Source: Selaginella moellendorffii (taxonomy: Eukaryota > Plantae > Lycopodiophyta). Taken from it: a stretch of DNA of 64,000 bases. The stretch covers positions 159,707 to 223,706 of the forward strand of contig NW_003314328.1 of NCBI RefSeq assembly GCF_000143415.4. Reading direction: 5' to 3'. Of this stretch, positions 38,137 to 53,100 are shown piece after piece. The first letter of the stretch is position 1; each line of letters begins with the position of its first letter. The notes under the pieces are model-generated. The model was not told where the DNA came from. It made no database searches and worked only from the letters and a program-made list of their open reading frames with translations. A program made the position numbers and the translations under genes.

Positions 38137-38969
38137 GCAACTCAGGGATACACTTTGAGTTGGCAAGATTAATGTTAACCTATCGGTGGTTCCATGAATT
38201 GTTCCATGTACTATGGGTGAAAGTAAACCTTCCCTAGGTTTGTTATGAGTGGCAAATAGGCTGGTCCGTAGCTGTATAGCACGGCACTAGTGGATCCTTC
38301 CTAAGCATGATTACAAGTGGATCAATCAAGACTATAGGGATGAGTCTATTGATTCAAGTAATCATTGCTATGCTCTCTCATAAACTTTTTTTGGATTGGA
38401 CTGAAAGCAGTGCGAAAGAAAGCTTGAGGTTTAGTCAAAGATGAGACCAAAAAGAGAGTTGTCGGGGACGAAGGATCAAACACGTAAATCGTTTTCTTTT
38501 TTTGGAGAGATGATTTGCAACGAGGTGTTGACTCATTGCTCATATTCACATTATGCAATCAAGAGTCCCTATCTTGATGCATGTTGGTTATGATGGTATT
38601 ACAAGTGGTAAGTCATGGATAGATAGTGGTGAAGTGTTATACCATTTTGTTTAGGCTTGCTATTGAAAGATTTGGGTTACAATGCTCAATTCTTTTTTGG
38701 GGAACCTTATTATTGCTCCTTGAGTAACTTGGTGTTGGATTAGTGTTGAGTTTGGTCGGATAGAGAGTGGCATAAGCTTGTCTATGTTGTGAACAAAAGT
38801 TAGTGATGTTGAGTGTAATAAGTCTCTATCGGTAGAGTATGGCATTTATGTTACATTTTGTCGAATTGAGTTGGCACTTGATGCTCACATAAACCTTTGA
38901 AGTAATGACATTGGCATTGCTCGTGGTGTTGCTTAATTGATGATCAAGTAGGTAAGCTAGTTAGGCCCA

Positions 38970-39069
38970 NNNNNNNNNNNNNNNNNNNNNNNNNNNNNNN
39001 NNNNNNNNNNNNNNNNNNNNNNNNNNNNNNNNNNNNNNNNNNNNNNNNNNNNNNNNNNNNNNNNNNNNN
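38970..39069. other. assembly gap (100 N)
   Basis: Run of N. Confidence 0.99.
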
Positions 39070-42000
39070 AGAAGCAGCGAAAGAGAGCCCAGACGGCAGG
39101 GCAGCCCTCACTTCCATAATGTTTAACCAGAAACAGTTCTCTTTAGAACTTGATTTTTCATGTCATTTTTCTTCTTAGTGTTTTTGGCTTTACATTCAAT
39201 CTTGAAAGTGATTGAAGAAAAGTGTTAGTGTAATGTGGATATCCAAAGATGTGGTCTTCGTGATCAAGCTTTAGATACTCACTTTACACTTTGCGGATAT
39301 CGATGTTAGATATCAGAAAAATAGGCAAAGATGTTCAAGGCTTAAGCATACTATGGGTTATGAAAATTCATGTTGAAGTGAACCTATGTGAAGTTGTAAG
39401 TTGCAGGAAGTTGGTTGAGTATTGAAAGTTTGCATTCCTAGACTGAGAGTTATTCTTTCTCTAGAAATTTTCCACAAATTTTCTTAGACTTTTCCAATAG
39501 CTGATCTATTAGTCACTTTGCTCGAAAACCATTCCATTTTTATAAGCCAGTACAAACTAGTGAAAGGGTTAGAGTTGACTTTGGTTAGCCTAAACCTTAG
39601 TAGGTAGTTTGTATAATGCAACCAGAAAGGGATGCTAATTTTTGGGGCTAAGGCAATTGAGTTGGATAAAGTCTGAAGTTGGTGTAGAAAAGTGGCTATT
39701 GCGCTTTTCTAAGAAGGGTGACCCTTGTGCCTTTCTTTTGTAGGGTTATGCTTGGTGGCAGGTTGTACCTTGCATTCTGATAGACTATGAGAGTAGTGAG
39801 CTTTCATTGATCTTGACTTGGTTATGGTGGCTCTACACCTTGACTGAGGATGGTGATATCCAACTTAGTTGTTTAAGGTTGAAATTTTGATACCCGTACT
39901 ATAACTTTGTCTATAAGGAGGTTGTGTACCAATATGAGTCCATCTTATGGTCTTCATTTTAGTTTCGACTAAGTGTTGGTCATGCATAGCTAGCCTCTTC
40001 AAGGCATGCTCAGAGCTATTAGCTAAATGCATTAATGAGCTTATTGCGGTTGAGTTGGATTTGAGTGGTCATTTAGTTTGTGCTTGCCTATGAACCTTTA
40101 TCTCATACCTGGGGTATAATGTTCATGTTGGACAAGTATATAACTTGATGATGTGAGTTAGTGTTTGGGTCTTGTGAAGGCAAGTTGAAGAGTGATTATT
40201 AGTTGCTTTGCGACTAGTGATTACTTGTAGACTTTGTCAAAGGCTTTTGACACTTGCTTCACTTGATGATGATTTAGCAATGATAGGCTTGCTTTACCAA
40301 ATGGTGTTGTGGAGGATCGTATCGTTAAATTTACATGGGTTTTCCATATTGACATGTCGACTCTACCTCTGTCAATATTGTTTAGTTGTGTTTAGTTTCT
40401 AGTGTTAGATTTCATTGAATCTTGGATGTGGTGATTCACTCCTTGAGGAAGTGTTATCTATAACTGAGTGTTGTTGAAGGTTTAGTCTCAAATACTGAGT
40501 AAAGTATTTTTGACTTTGGTTAGCTTGGTTGCTAGAGAGCTTTGAGTGGTGATTCACTCGTGCTTTCTTCTAGCTTTGTTATGCTGTTGATGGCATTATA
40601 GTGATGTTTTGTCGTTGACATTATTGATGTTAAGATTCAAGTGAAATGAGATGTTTCTCTTTAAGATTGACATTAAGTTTCATTAGTCTTGATAGAGATA
40701 GTGTTGATGATTTGGTTGTAGCTTTATGTTATTAACATTTGTATAATTGCTAGCTAGCAACTATATTGATGTTCAAATGAACTGAGTGGCAAATTGAGTT
40801 AGTTGTGTTCTAGACAAGATTATTTAGTAGGGGTTGAGCTTTGAGTTTTTCCTTGAAAAGTGATTTGAGTCATGGACTATGTTAACTCTATGAGAGGAAG
40901 AGTTGGTGATTGATATTAAAGTGATTGAATCCTTGTTAGATTTCAGTTGGGATATATCAATCATTGATGATTTATCTTGTGCTTGTTATGAAGTGAGTTA
41001 CGTCTTGCTAAAAATGGATTCATGGAGCATCGGTTTAGTGATCACTTTTTGAGCATAGCTTCATTGTGTTTAGTTTTTGGATTGATGTAGTTCATTAGCT
41101 TTGCATTATGAAGTTTAGCTTATGTATATGTTGAGGAAGATGTTGTGGGTTATACCATGATTTCTTCTTTAGCATTGAAGTTAGTTCATGTGAAACTTGT
41201 GATCATTATTAAGTAAGACTTGGTTATAGACTTCTTAGGGTGCCATGTGGTAGTGGTTGAAGTGGAAGCTAGACAAGCGTAACACATTTGGACTAAAAGC
41301 TTTAACTCACAAGCTTTTGGTTCTTTAAGTTTTTATGTTCATTACTCCATTTGTTAAAAGTTATTAGGGAAGGGATTTTGGCTTATTAGCTTCGATGTTG
41401 AAATTGGTTTTTGCATCTATCAATCATTGGTGATAATTGACTATCATCTAGGATACTTAATTGTCTTTATCAAAAGGTTTTTCTTGATTATTGTTGGTAA
41501 TAGAATGATTTGCCATTCTTCAGGATGGTAGATTCTTTCTTCAACGATGATTATGCATCTCTCTTTTTTATAAGATGATCGATGATCTTTCGTGATGGTT
41601 AGTTGTTCTCCTTAGTGGCTTATGGCTTTTTGCAATACCACATGTTCTTTGTGGTTTGCTCTGGATTGGTCTCTTGGGTTTGAGACATCAGTAGAATGTT
41701 GCTGACACTTGATTAGGCAACTCTGGTTCCTTAGTATTGTTAACCGGGATTTATTCAGATTGGCTAGTGCAATAGTTAGCATGAACGAGTGTTTGTTAAT
41801 CTTACCATATTCATTCTATTTTGTTGATCATTGTTTGAGTTAGTTCTAATAGATTGGGATGTTATTTTCTTTAGGTGATACATTCGCGAGTATTTTGCTT
41901 GCTAGTCAATGATACTTTGTGTTTTTTGAGTTCTCTTTCATAAGTTGTTTAACATACTGTTTACACTCTTTGATAGTTAAGTTTTATCATTGAGTTTTCT

Positions 42001-44899
42001 TGATGATAGTTTGGCTATTGAATTTTGTTAGATGGTGCATTCTGTGTTTACTAGTTACAATGATCTTGGTGGTTCCTATACTATGATACTAGTTTATCGG
42101 ATGATAACTTATTTGGAATACTTTTGTGTTCTCATATAAGATTTATTCACTGATAATTAAGACTCTAAGATATCATTGTCTATGACTTTGATATTGTCCA
42201 TCTATTGATCTTTGAGTTCGGCCAGTATAGGCAAACTAGCTTCAGCACTTCGTGTGCATGGTAAAATCTCTAGTCATGGGGTAGCTACTATCGACTGGTC
42301 ACATAATCCGCCTCTCTGTCAATGATCCTTATTCTGTTAAAAGGGCGTGACCATGTAAACAACTCTAACTGCCTATTAACAATAGTCTATCTAAACCTTA
42401 CCGACGGGTTTGGTTTCTTTACTCAGGAGGGTTGGGGCTTTTGGCTTCTCTCTCTATGTCCCTACGGGTAGGGGCGTATCACACTTCTGTAAATTGGGTG
42501 ACACACAGAGTAGCAAGGGTGGCTAACTCCATTGGTCATTTCCTTGTCAGCGATGGCCGGAAAGTTGGGCATGGTTGACTAACCTGAGGCATAGTTTAGC
42601 TCCCGCTTGTGTGCCTGTCTTTGTTTTGCGTCCGGCTTGGGTCTAAGCCCAAGTTCCATTCCATGCTAGCTGGTGGAGTACCCATGTCCTTGCATTAGGC
42701 CACCGGTATGCCAAAATAGCACCAAACTCTATTTGGCTCCATTTTGCGTGTTGATCCTAGCATTGGGATGTTGGTTACTCTAGGACTGTTCCAAGTCGCT
42801 CCGGGCTCCCGTCCCTTCACTCCTTGAGCTATATGCTCGGGAGTTGCTCCGTGGTCTAATTCTATTATTCCTTGGCTCTATGCCTTGGGAGTTTGGCACC
42901 ATTCCTTTGTTCAATGGCCCAAGGCCTTGAACCTCGGGTTGCACACCACTGTCCTTTGGACACGTGGCATATATCACGTGGCATAAAAAGGGTTTAGGTT
43001 CCGTTTCGTGGTGTTATCCTATGGTAAATCACCATAGGATAAAGGGTAAAAACCACGTGCGCTACAAATACCAAATATAGCACATCTTATCCTCTCTCCA
43101 TAAGCCAACTGGAAAAGGAGCAATTGCTTGATGAAAGAGCCTTTAGTGGCTATTTTATCCCTATTTATCCCCCAAGGTTCTAAGGATCCATGGTGACAAT
43201 ATATCCAAATCTCATCCCATGATCACATGTGCTATAATAATCTATTATACTTCCTTGCAAATACGCTTTTATTAATATAAGTTAAGAGCCACAACTCTTC
43301 CAAAAGCCTCACCCTACTACTTAGGTTGAGCACAATTAGACCAACTAATATGTCAATCACAATATATGGTGTTAATCTTTTAGCCATGTATTAGAGTTAG
43401 ACTTAAATACCTATTATAAGCTTCTGAATTTATACTTCCTCAAAAATCACCTAACATAGTACTATTTAAACCTAAAGATGCTTAACCCTACGTATCTCTA
43501 TTCATGGGCTCTTTCTTTTTATATTTAAACCCTTATAAATCATTTCTTAAATTGTTCTTTTTAGTTTCTTATAAGTCCCAAATATGGGAAGAAGGAGCAT
43601 AATAATTATGTTGGTAATGCAAAACATCTATTTTGCAAAGAGCAGCTAAAAACAAGTGGTTAACTACTAAGGTATAGCCATGATATTGTAGAGTTTTCTT
43701 TTACAAAACTTGTAAAAATAAAGAATAAGTATTTACGATATTGATAGCATGTTGAGGATGCTAATGTGAATAGAAGTGAAGCAAATATTGTCACCATTCT
43801 AGGAACTTGTAGCTTGTTCTCATGGTGTAACCATCTTATGATGCCTTAAAGTACCATCCTTATAAGGGAGTTGTCTTGCTTATTTACCATTTGTACATGA
43901 AATTGTTTGGAATTGGATGTAAGAATGCTCAATATGTTCCTAGTTGGCAAGAAAAGCATTATACTCTTGAGGAATCTATTGATCTCAATATGGTTTTGAA
44001 TTTGTTCAAGTACTTTTGAATATGGAGTTGTATATGATGCATGGCCTTAAGGGCCACATTCATAGGCTTGAGCACTAGCATGAAGTTGGTGAGAAGTGAC
44101 TATAATACATCTCTTTTACACCTCCAAGTAAATCAGGAAATATGAAGGAGAAGATTAGTAAATAGAGCTCCATTATATACTCTATACCATTTTATAGCAA
44201 GCAAGTAGAGCATAAATTTGCAACTATCTTGTCTTTTATGGGTTGTTTTTATTGATAAATAAAACTTTTCTTGAAAATACATGTTATATGAAAAGAAAAA
44301 ATAGTGTATAGCATGAAAATAAGTATATTTAACCTTTTAGCATTTGAAAGGCAAAATAAAATAAAAATAGGGTTCATTAAAATCTTAAAAGATTAACTAA
44401 ATAGAAGGTAATATTAAAAGGGGCAACCACTACTAATAATTTTGACCATTGATGGCACAGTAAGTCTTTGACAAAATGGGTGGAAGCTGATGGTGCATAC
44501 TTGGAGGAGGTAGTATTGTGGCAATAACCCAAGGTAAAAAATGTTCTACTTGCTAAGTATAACATCAAATCAATAAAAAAAACTACAAAATTAGGGGTAA
44601 ATTAAGTAGAAATTAAGTAAACTTTAAAACATCCTTGGGCATTTCTTCCAAAAAAATTGAAATTGATATATTGAAGTTCAAATTCATTAACTTTGAACTA
44701 GACTTGCACTATAAAGTGCACTTCCATCAAAGCAAAGAGGGATATAGTTATCCACTTCATCCTTAATTCTATTTAAGGAAATTATAAAAACAATTATAAA
44801 TGTTCACTATCCTTGCTTGATTGCTTTTGTAAATGCTTCATACAAAGGACCTTGGTTTCTATCTTTCCTCTTTTTTATAAAGGACCTTGGTTTCTAGCT

Positions 44900-46050
44900 T
44901 TCCTCTTTTTTATATTAGCTTTAAAACTTTAGTAGCAATCACATGATATTTAGCTTATGAATAACTTGTTAGAGAGTGCATTTGAAAGGTTTTAGTTCCT
45001 TCTATGGTGAATTTATTAGCCTCTTTGGAGTGTTAAATCTCCCAATAGCAAATGATTATTCAAGTTATATAAATCTAGTGTTTGTATTAGAAATATTGAT
45101 TATCACAAGAGATGAAGTTCAGAAAGAGCATGATCAACATATCAGAAATAACCCTTTCTACTTTATAATCATCAATGTGAGTATTGATCAAACTTTAGAA
45201 TTGCATGTCATTATTTATATGCAATTTCTAAAAGATAAAGGCAAGGGATAACTATGTTGTTAAATTGCTACCACTAAAGTGTGGAAAAGCTAATGGTTTT
45301 TTACTACTGTTTCTACTCTTCTTCAAGAAATGGAGCTCATCTATTACAAATTGTGTAGCTACTATAGTTGGTCATAAGTAGGGGGTTCTTGCTAAATTTC
45401 GAGAGTGTTGCCCAAAAACTGTTGGGAAACATTGCATAACCCATTGTGAAGCCTTAGTTGTAAACAATGGCTTTTCAATTGAAGAATTTTTTATGACTCT
45501 GGATAAACTGGCTAATAAAATTTATGTGGACTGCCAAATGCGCTCACCTGGAGACATGGCACAGCTTAAGGTAGGGGATAGGAAAGTCAAGTCACCTCAA
45601 GGTTCTCAGTGAGGCTTGGGTAAGAGGCAGTGTGCAAAAGAACACATCATTGCAAGAGCTTTTAGAGGCATATGAATTAAGAAAGAACTTGAGACTACTC
45701 CAAAATATCTATCAAATAGTCAATTAATGGATAAATTAGTTGAAGTGATGCCTGTAATTCTTTATCAATGGAAGCTAACTAATAAAACAGCTTACAAACT
45801 CTTGATGCATTTCCAAATATCAAAACTTTTTTGATTTGTTTGATTCATTTAATCAACTTGTTAGTACATGTTTTGACTGAGTTGAACAATCTCAACTAGG
45901 TATTTCAATATGACTTCACAAAGTGCATTGAGATAGAAGCTCAACTTGATATCACCATAGAGAATTTAAAGTACATATACCTTTCATTTGAAGATGCTAC
46001 AAAGGCCATGAAGGAAAGCAGGGACAATGCAGTCAGCCTCTATCTTGGTA
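44900..46050 (+). pseudogene. highly decayed hAT (ZNF862-like) transposase remnant
   Basis: HIRNNPFYFIIINVSIDQTLELHVIIYMQF resembles the hAT DESTD region. KHCITHCEAL near 45430 resembles the hAT CxxH motif. Confidence 0.5.
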
Positions 46051-46075
46051 CTTTTCATACCTCTAATGCCCAAAT

Positions 46076-49000
46076 TGTTAGGCACCAGCTTTGACCACGT
46101 GGTCAACGTTGGTCAAAGGGAGGCTCAAGGGTATATTAAGGCATGTTAGGGTAAGGGATTTAACCTACCCTAGGGCTCATAGTGTAGTGGAGCTTTTGAA
46201 GGTGGTTGGGTGGTGAGGAACCTCAAGAGGTGGCATAGTATAGGTTTAGGGTGACTAGATCTTTGTCTTTTTGCGCCGGATCATAACATTGGTACCAGAG
46301 GAGTTGGTTGCGATGGCCGACCAAGTTAAACGCTGGAATTCTATTGTTGATGGTGGTGCCGACGATGGTGCCGATGAAGCTGCGGAGATTTGGAACATTC
46401 AAGATGTGGTTCATGAGCTACGAGCCCTTAATCGAAATGAGTAAGAGATGCAAGACGAGATGCATGGCATGATGGATACCATGCATGACCATGTTGAGGC
46501 ACTCGAGGCTGGATGGGGTAGCGCTCCAAGTAAGCGTTCTTTGGTAGATTGACTCAAGATTCCAACTTTTTCCGGTGATGGTGTGGACAAGTGTCTTGTT
46601 TGGCTAGCCAATGTGAAGAAGTTCTTGGCTACTAGGGGAACTCTAGATGTAGAGGCTTTAGTGGTTATTCCGATGGTGTTGCGTGATGCGGGTCTTCGAT
46701 GGTGGAATTGGCTTGAGGAGTCTCGTAATGCGGATAAGAAACCACCAGTATCTACCATGGATGAGTTTGAGGCTGCTTTCCGTTTACGTTTTGCCCCTCA
46801 TTACGACGTGGAGAATGCTCATACAGAACTTCGACATTTCCAGCAAGGGAAAATGACGCTCGGGGACTATATTGAGAAGCTTACTCGCTTGATTAGTCGT
46901 GTTCCAACGAAGGATCCAGATCAGACCGCTACAACTCGGGAACGCAGATTTAAATCCAGCTGGTGCACTAACTGCAAGATGAATACACACCACACACAAT
47001 GCTACTTCAAGCTTCATCCAGAGCTTCAGCCTCCATCTTCTCAACATGTCCAACAACATCCCTTCGCTGATAATTCCACATCATCTCGGGGTCTAGAGAC
47101 GTATCAAGAGCAGTTGGAACAACAAGCAATTGAGGCAGCCCCTTCATCAAGCAAAGGTAAGGCACTAGCCTCATCGGTCAACATGATTTTGGTAGCCGAG
47201 GAACTCTATAAGCAACAGCAGCAAACCACAGCCACTTGAGCCCAAGCAAAGAAGAAGGTAGCCGGTCAGCCTGCTGCAGATCCCCCGGCGCCAATTGAGA
47301 GTGAGTCTCTGTCAGAGCTAGATCCAGTGACATAGAGGTGGCTTGTAAGCTCCCCTAAACCCTAAACTCTCTTCTCCTCCTGAGATCTCACCAACAGCTA
47401 TTCATGTTCTAGAGCCGGTTCTTCAACAGCTGGTTGACACTACCATCACCTTTTCGCTTCGAGACATGTTGTGTCTTGTCCCGGGATTCGGCCAGCATTT
47501 AGAGGAGTTTGCACGGTTAGGAACACCAGAGAGCACTCTCAAGAGGACTCTTCAAGAGGTGCACATTGTCGATATGACAAGATATGGTAGAGATTCTGGT
47601 CCGTTCTTCGTCCCGGTGCAGATCGGTATTTCCTCTTGTAGGATGGATGCTTTGGTTGACTCCGGTTCTAGAAGCAACATTATCTCACTCGAGACTGCCC
47701 TTTCAGCACAACTACAGATCACTGAGAGCTCCACCATCGTGCTCAAAACCTTCACCAACCACACCATTCCTCTAGCGGGAATTTGTTGTGGTGTCAAAGT
47801 CTCTATGAAGGGTGTTGTTTCTGAGGTGGATTTCCTCATGGTTGATTACCAACGTTTTGGAACATCCTCTTTGAAGGACTCTATCATCCTTGGCCGCTCA
47901 TGGCAAGTCACAGCCCATTGCACCATTGACAGCGCAAAAGGCAAGATGGAAATTAGCGATGGAACCCATAGCTCCACCTTTCTCAACAACCACGGCAAAG
48001 CTCTTTCTCAACAAGCCCAACAAGCTTAGACTAAGATGGCCCTCACACCATACTTTCCTCCTGAGCTCACAAAGGTTTTTCCTGAGTTGGCGGTGGAGTT
48101 GACCATCTATATGACGGATGCTTTCTCATGCAATGCAATTGACATGGTTGGAGGTGAGTCAGATAGCCCAAGACATCTTTCAGCTTCACTCTCTTTATTT
48201 GAGAGTAAGGCCAAGCCTTTAACCACGCCCTCTTTATTTGATGGCAGGGCTTATAGAGCACGGGCTACTACATCCAGCTTTCCGGAGTGTTTCTCGATAG
48301 TGGAAGGGCTTTTCAACTCGTTTCTTGCATAGGACTGACTTTCTCTTATAGAGCTAGATGACACAGTTGCTCCAGACTAGGTCCATCTTTCGCAAGACAC
48401 AGCGAAGCTCAATCTGTAAGCTCCTGAGTTTGGACTTCCCGGGAGGTCACCCAGCCCAGTACTATTCAAACCCAAGGACGCTTAACCCCAAGTATCCTAA
48501 GACCCTTGACCGATTGGAAAAGAGGGTGCACTCTTATTCATGCGCCCTTTCCCTCTATATTTGAACCCCATGGATCGTCTTTCGAGTCGTTCCCTTTGGT
48601 TACTTACACAATCCTCCTCAGCAACTATCTGAGGTGTCACACAGCTAGCATCTTCCTACTAAAATTGCGGTAGCTGACAACTCCGAGCATATTTTGTCAT
48701 GCTGTTTTTTGGAAACGGAAGATGACATCCAGTCACACAACTGGCAGGAAGAGTCAAGCAAATCGAACGTGCTGCATGTGAGTTATAGCTCTTTGAGTTC
48801 AGAATGTCCTACCGTGGAGCCCCCGGTACTGATCCAGGGGTATTACACTGAAACTTTAGCACCAGACCTGGACTGGACTTCGGTGGAGGATCTTCTTTCA
48901 CTTGTAGAGTACCTGGCTACAGTCCTTGCATTGGACATCGAGCACTCAAAGAATCAGAAGCAAAGAGAACAATAGACAAAGACTCCAGATCCAACAATAG

Positions 49001-50185
49001 TGTTCTTGCCTGACTTGCCAGAGTCGGTCTTGCCGGATGTGGTGTCCCCATCATCTTTATTTGAAGAAGAGGGCACTCCTATGATTACAGCTTATTTTTA
49101 TAGTGCTTTCTGCCCCAAAAACCAGGTTGCCGGCATTGGAGTTTGGATAATTGATTCTGCGGAGAACAAAGTAGCCGACCTCTCTATCACTTTGCTGGCA
49201 ACATCAGCTAATGACGCAGAGTACTTGGCAGCTATTAGTGCCATGAAGTTGGCCACAGATCTTAAGTTTAGGTGAGTCACTTTCATTGGAGATGTGCAAC
49301 TCATCATACGCCAACTTACTGGAGAATACCAAGTCCACAAAGAGAACTTGAAAGAGCTATGGCAGCGGGCGGTTAACCTGAAGGATGAGTTCTCTCAGGT
49401 GACTTTTTAAAGTGTCCCTAGTGAAGAAAACTTTTGGGCGGACAGGTTATCACATCAAGCAATCACCATGATGCGAAAGGCAAAAGGCACTCCCTGCTCT
49501 TCAGTTTCCAAGGTCAGTGAGCCCCTTGAGCCCAAGGTTTCTCCAGACTCCAGGGTTCATGCCGCTTTCCTGGGTGATGACAAGGACCCGGTCTTTATCG
49601 CTACATCGCTTGCTTCAACAAACGTAGCAAAACTTTTAGATCTCCTTCACTGTTTCAAGGACGTGTTTGCTTGGGACTATAGTCAGCTTCCAGGAGTTCC
49701 CATGGACACATTCATGCACAGTATTGTGCTTTTAGAGTCATCCAAACTAGTCCATCAAAAGATGCGGCGTTTCAGCCCGACAGCTCACTCAGAGATGAAG
49801 TTGGAGATCGAGCGACTTCTGGCAGCCGGCTTTATTTACCCTTTGGAGAGCTTAGAGTGGGTGGCCAATCTCGTCCTTGCATGCAAGACAAATGGAAAAC
49901 TCCACCTCTGCATTGATTTTCGAGACTTGAACAAGGCAACTGCGAAGGATCACCTTCCAACTCCATTTATCGATGCGATTGTGAATGAGATGGCTGGACA
50001 CCAGTACTACTCTTTCATGAATGGCTTTTCAGGGTACAACAATATCTTCATTCATCCGGATCATTGAGATCTTATGGCCTTCCGGACACCTTGGGGCATC
50101 TTTGCTTTCAACGTCCTCCCGTTTGACTTGTGTAACGCCGGAGCTACTTTTCAGCGCTTTATGACCCACACCTTTCATAACCATC
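46076..50185 (+). mobile_element. Tat-like Gypsy element: 5' LTR, PBS, gag, protease, aRH, RT (truncated)
   Basis: Putative LTR 46076-46288 (TG...CA), PBS TGGTACCAGAG, gag 46583-47239, protease 47466-48029, aRH ~49080-49470, RT FKDVFAW...LCIDFRDLNKA...GFSGYN. Confidence 0.85.
48415..48608. mobile_element. solo LTR (194 bp) with 5-bp TSD CAATC
   Basis: TGTAAG...CTTACA termini. Absent from the paralogous site near 1648. A related decayed inverted copy lies near 61810-61916. Confidence 0.88.
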
Positions 50186-53100
50186 CTTCGAGCATCACCT
50201 TCAGGAATGTAAAGCTGCTCCCACCGGTACAACAAACCATCTAAGAACTCGAACTTGTCAAATCGCCGGTAGTCGGGAGTCACTAGGTGTCCAGCCTGAA
50301 GATGGAGGAAAATGTCACTGGCGAGGTCGTTGGATTGAAGATTGTTTCTGATCACATCCATCAAGGAGGAGTTCTGAGGGGCCAGGGAAATTGCCATAAC
50401 TTGAAGCTGATCAGGACCGAGGATAACTTGATCCTATTGATCGAAATTAGGATTACTAAGCCTGAGACTAAGATAGGAGCGCCTTGAAAGAGCATCAGGA
50501 AGGCCTTGAAGCTTTCCAGGTCTATACTTGATAACAAAGTCAAACCGACTCAGGAATTATGCCCAGTTTGTCTGACGACGGCTCAAAACTCGAAAGTGGC
50601 AAAATACTCGAGATTTTTGTGATCCGTCTAGACCGTTGTTTGATGGCCCCCTCCAAGAAAGGACGCCACTCTCCAAAGGAATCCACGATGGCAAGCAGTC
50701 GTGGATTTCGTAATTGATCTCCGTAGGCTGGAATTTCCAAGAATGAAAAGCGACCAAATGAAATTCCTGATCTACTCTGAGTTGAGATAGCACAGCACCG
50801 ATGGCAAAGTCGGAGGTGTTAGCCTCAATGACGAAAGGTTATGAGGGATCAGCATGGATCAAGACGGGAGCAGAACTGAAGGCCGTCTTGAGTGTGTCAA
50901 AGGCCTACTGAGCAGCAGCAGACCAAGAGAAGGGAACATCCTTGAGAGTGAGATCCATGAGAGGAAGGACAATGTCAGAGTAGTGATCAATGAATTTGCG
51001 GTAGAAGTTGGACAATGTCAGAGTAGTGATCAATGAATTTGCAGTAGAAGTTGGACAATGTCAGAGTAGTGATCAATGAATTTGCGGTAGAAGCTGGCAA
51101 AGTTAAGGAAAACCTGAACATCTGACATTGATTGTGGAGGCTCCCATTCGAGAATAGTCTTGACTTTGGTAGGATCCGTCATGATACCCTCAGGAGTGAC
51201 AATGTACCCAAGGAACTCCACAAACTCCTTATCGAAGAAACATTTCTCAAGCTTCGCGTATAAGCCGTGTTCCTATAGCTTCACTAGTACCTTGCGCACA
51301 TGCTTGTCATGCTCCTCCTAAGTTTCTGAGTAGATGAGGATGTCGTCGAGGTAGACGATCACCATCTGATCAAGAAACTCCTAAAAGACATCGTTTGCCA
51401 TGTGTTGGAAAACTGTTGGAGCATTTGTCAAGCCAAATGGCATGACAGTGTACTCGAAGTGGCCATAGCGGGTTTGGAATGCAGTCTTCCATTCATCGCC
51501 AGGTGGGATCCGGATTAGGTTGTATGCTCCACAAAGGTCAATCTTGGTGAAGAAGTGGGCACCACCGAGGCATTCCAATAGGTCCAAGATCAGGGGCAGT
51601 GGATAACGGTTCCGAACAGTCACCTTGTTCAAACCTTGGTAATCGATGACTAGCCGCAAACTCCTATCCTTCTTCTTGACAAAGAAGACAGGTGCTCCAA
51701 CCGGGGACTGCGAATGCTGACTGTACCTCGAGACAAGGTTCTCATCCACGTACTCTTTGAGGGCCTTAAGCTTAGATGGGGATAACCCATAGAGAGGCCC
51801 CCACGGGGGTGATGCTCCTTCTTATAAATCAATGGAACAGTCATAAAGCCGATGAATAGGTAGTACACTAACTTTTTTCTTGTTAAACACATCCCCAAAA
51901 TCATGATACTTCTAAGGAAGACTGACATAAGAAACATGCAAAGCAAAAAGGAAAATAGGTTCTTTATAAAGGAGTTCTTTCATAGTGATTGTGGAGATAG
52001 GAGGAGGCGTACAACTAAATGGAATGATAAGACAAAGATACTGTCCAGTGTAAGATGGAAGAGAGGGAAAAGAAGAGGGTGAAAACTTCGTAGAGTCAAG
52101 AATAAAACCTCGATTTGAGTTTAGGGAACTTTTCTTGATTTGGACTTGATGAACAGCAGGGGAAGCCGTGGGAGATGGTGACATGGGAGAGACGAGTTGT
52201 AATTCCTTCCAACAGATCTAAGGTTGGTGTAGTTGGAACCAAGGATGGCCGAGCACCACAGAGGAGGATTTGCTGTTGATGATGTTGAAGGCGATATCGA
52301 TGACAGTGGATCCAATGTGTACTCAAACGGGCAACGTTTCCCTAAGTCCAGAAGATGAAGACACAAAATGCCCATCAATACTTTCAACCCTCAGATCCCG
52401 TATGGTAGGAGAAAGAGGAATGTGATGTCGGGCAGCAAAGTCCGTGTCCATGAAGCAGGAAGTTGCACCCGAGTCTAGTAGCGCCAGAGCCTTGAGTCCT
52501 GATTGTCCAGTGAAAGAAAGGGGATATGGGACGTGGAAGTTGCGGAAATTGGTGGTGGCTTTGATGAAAGGTGGTGAGGAGCTTGATAAAGAAGAAAAGT
52601 GATTTTTATTCCGGGAGTCCAAACAGACAACTCCTACTCTATTTGGATAGGGCCGTTTCCCGACTGCAATAGAGGTGGATCTTGAGGCAGAGTGAACTCG
52701 AGCAGTCGGGGAGGCTTCTTGGAACACACAGCTTCTTTGTGATTAGGATCAGCATAGTAGAGGCAAAAATTATGAGATATTCAATGTTGCTTCTCAGCAG
52801 GACTCAACTTCCCTTTGATGATCGGGGAGTACCAGAAATATCCATCGGGACCGGAGTAGTAGGTTCAGGAGTATGCCCAGAAGACTCAAGCTGGGATTCT
52901 TGAGTCTGGGATGGGAAAACAGCAGCACGGCGACTTTCCTGACAATGTTCAAAGAGATGATTGTCACAATGAACAGCTTTGTTGATGGCGTCCGATAGGT
53001 CTGTGGGATCCTCCATGGTGAGTAGCAAATCCTTGACACCATTGTTGAGGCTGAAACGAAATTGATCAATCAGGGCCTGCTCATCCCACTAAGTGTCCAA

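Larger units (their letters stand above)
30181..43066 (+). mobile_element. outer LTR retroelement (no intact coding; LARD-like or decayed), interrupted by a copy of its own family
   Basis: 5' LTR 30181-30837 (TG...CA), PBS TGGTATCAGAG, partly deleted 3' LTR ending 43066. TSD GATAC/AATAC. Confidence 0.85.

Noticed and set aside
43780-44100. Possible Copia RT remnant (LDVKNA-like)
   Set aside because: A single short frameshifted motif is too weak to call.
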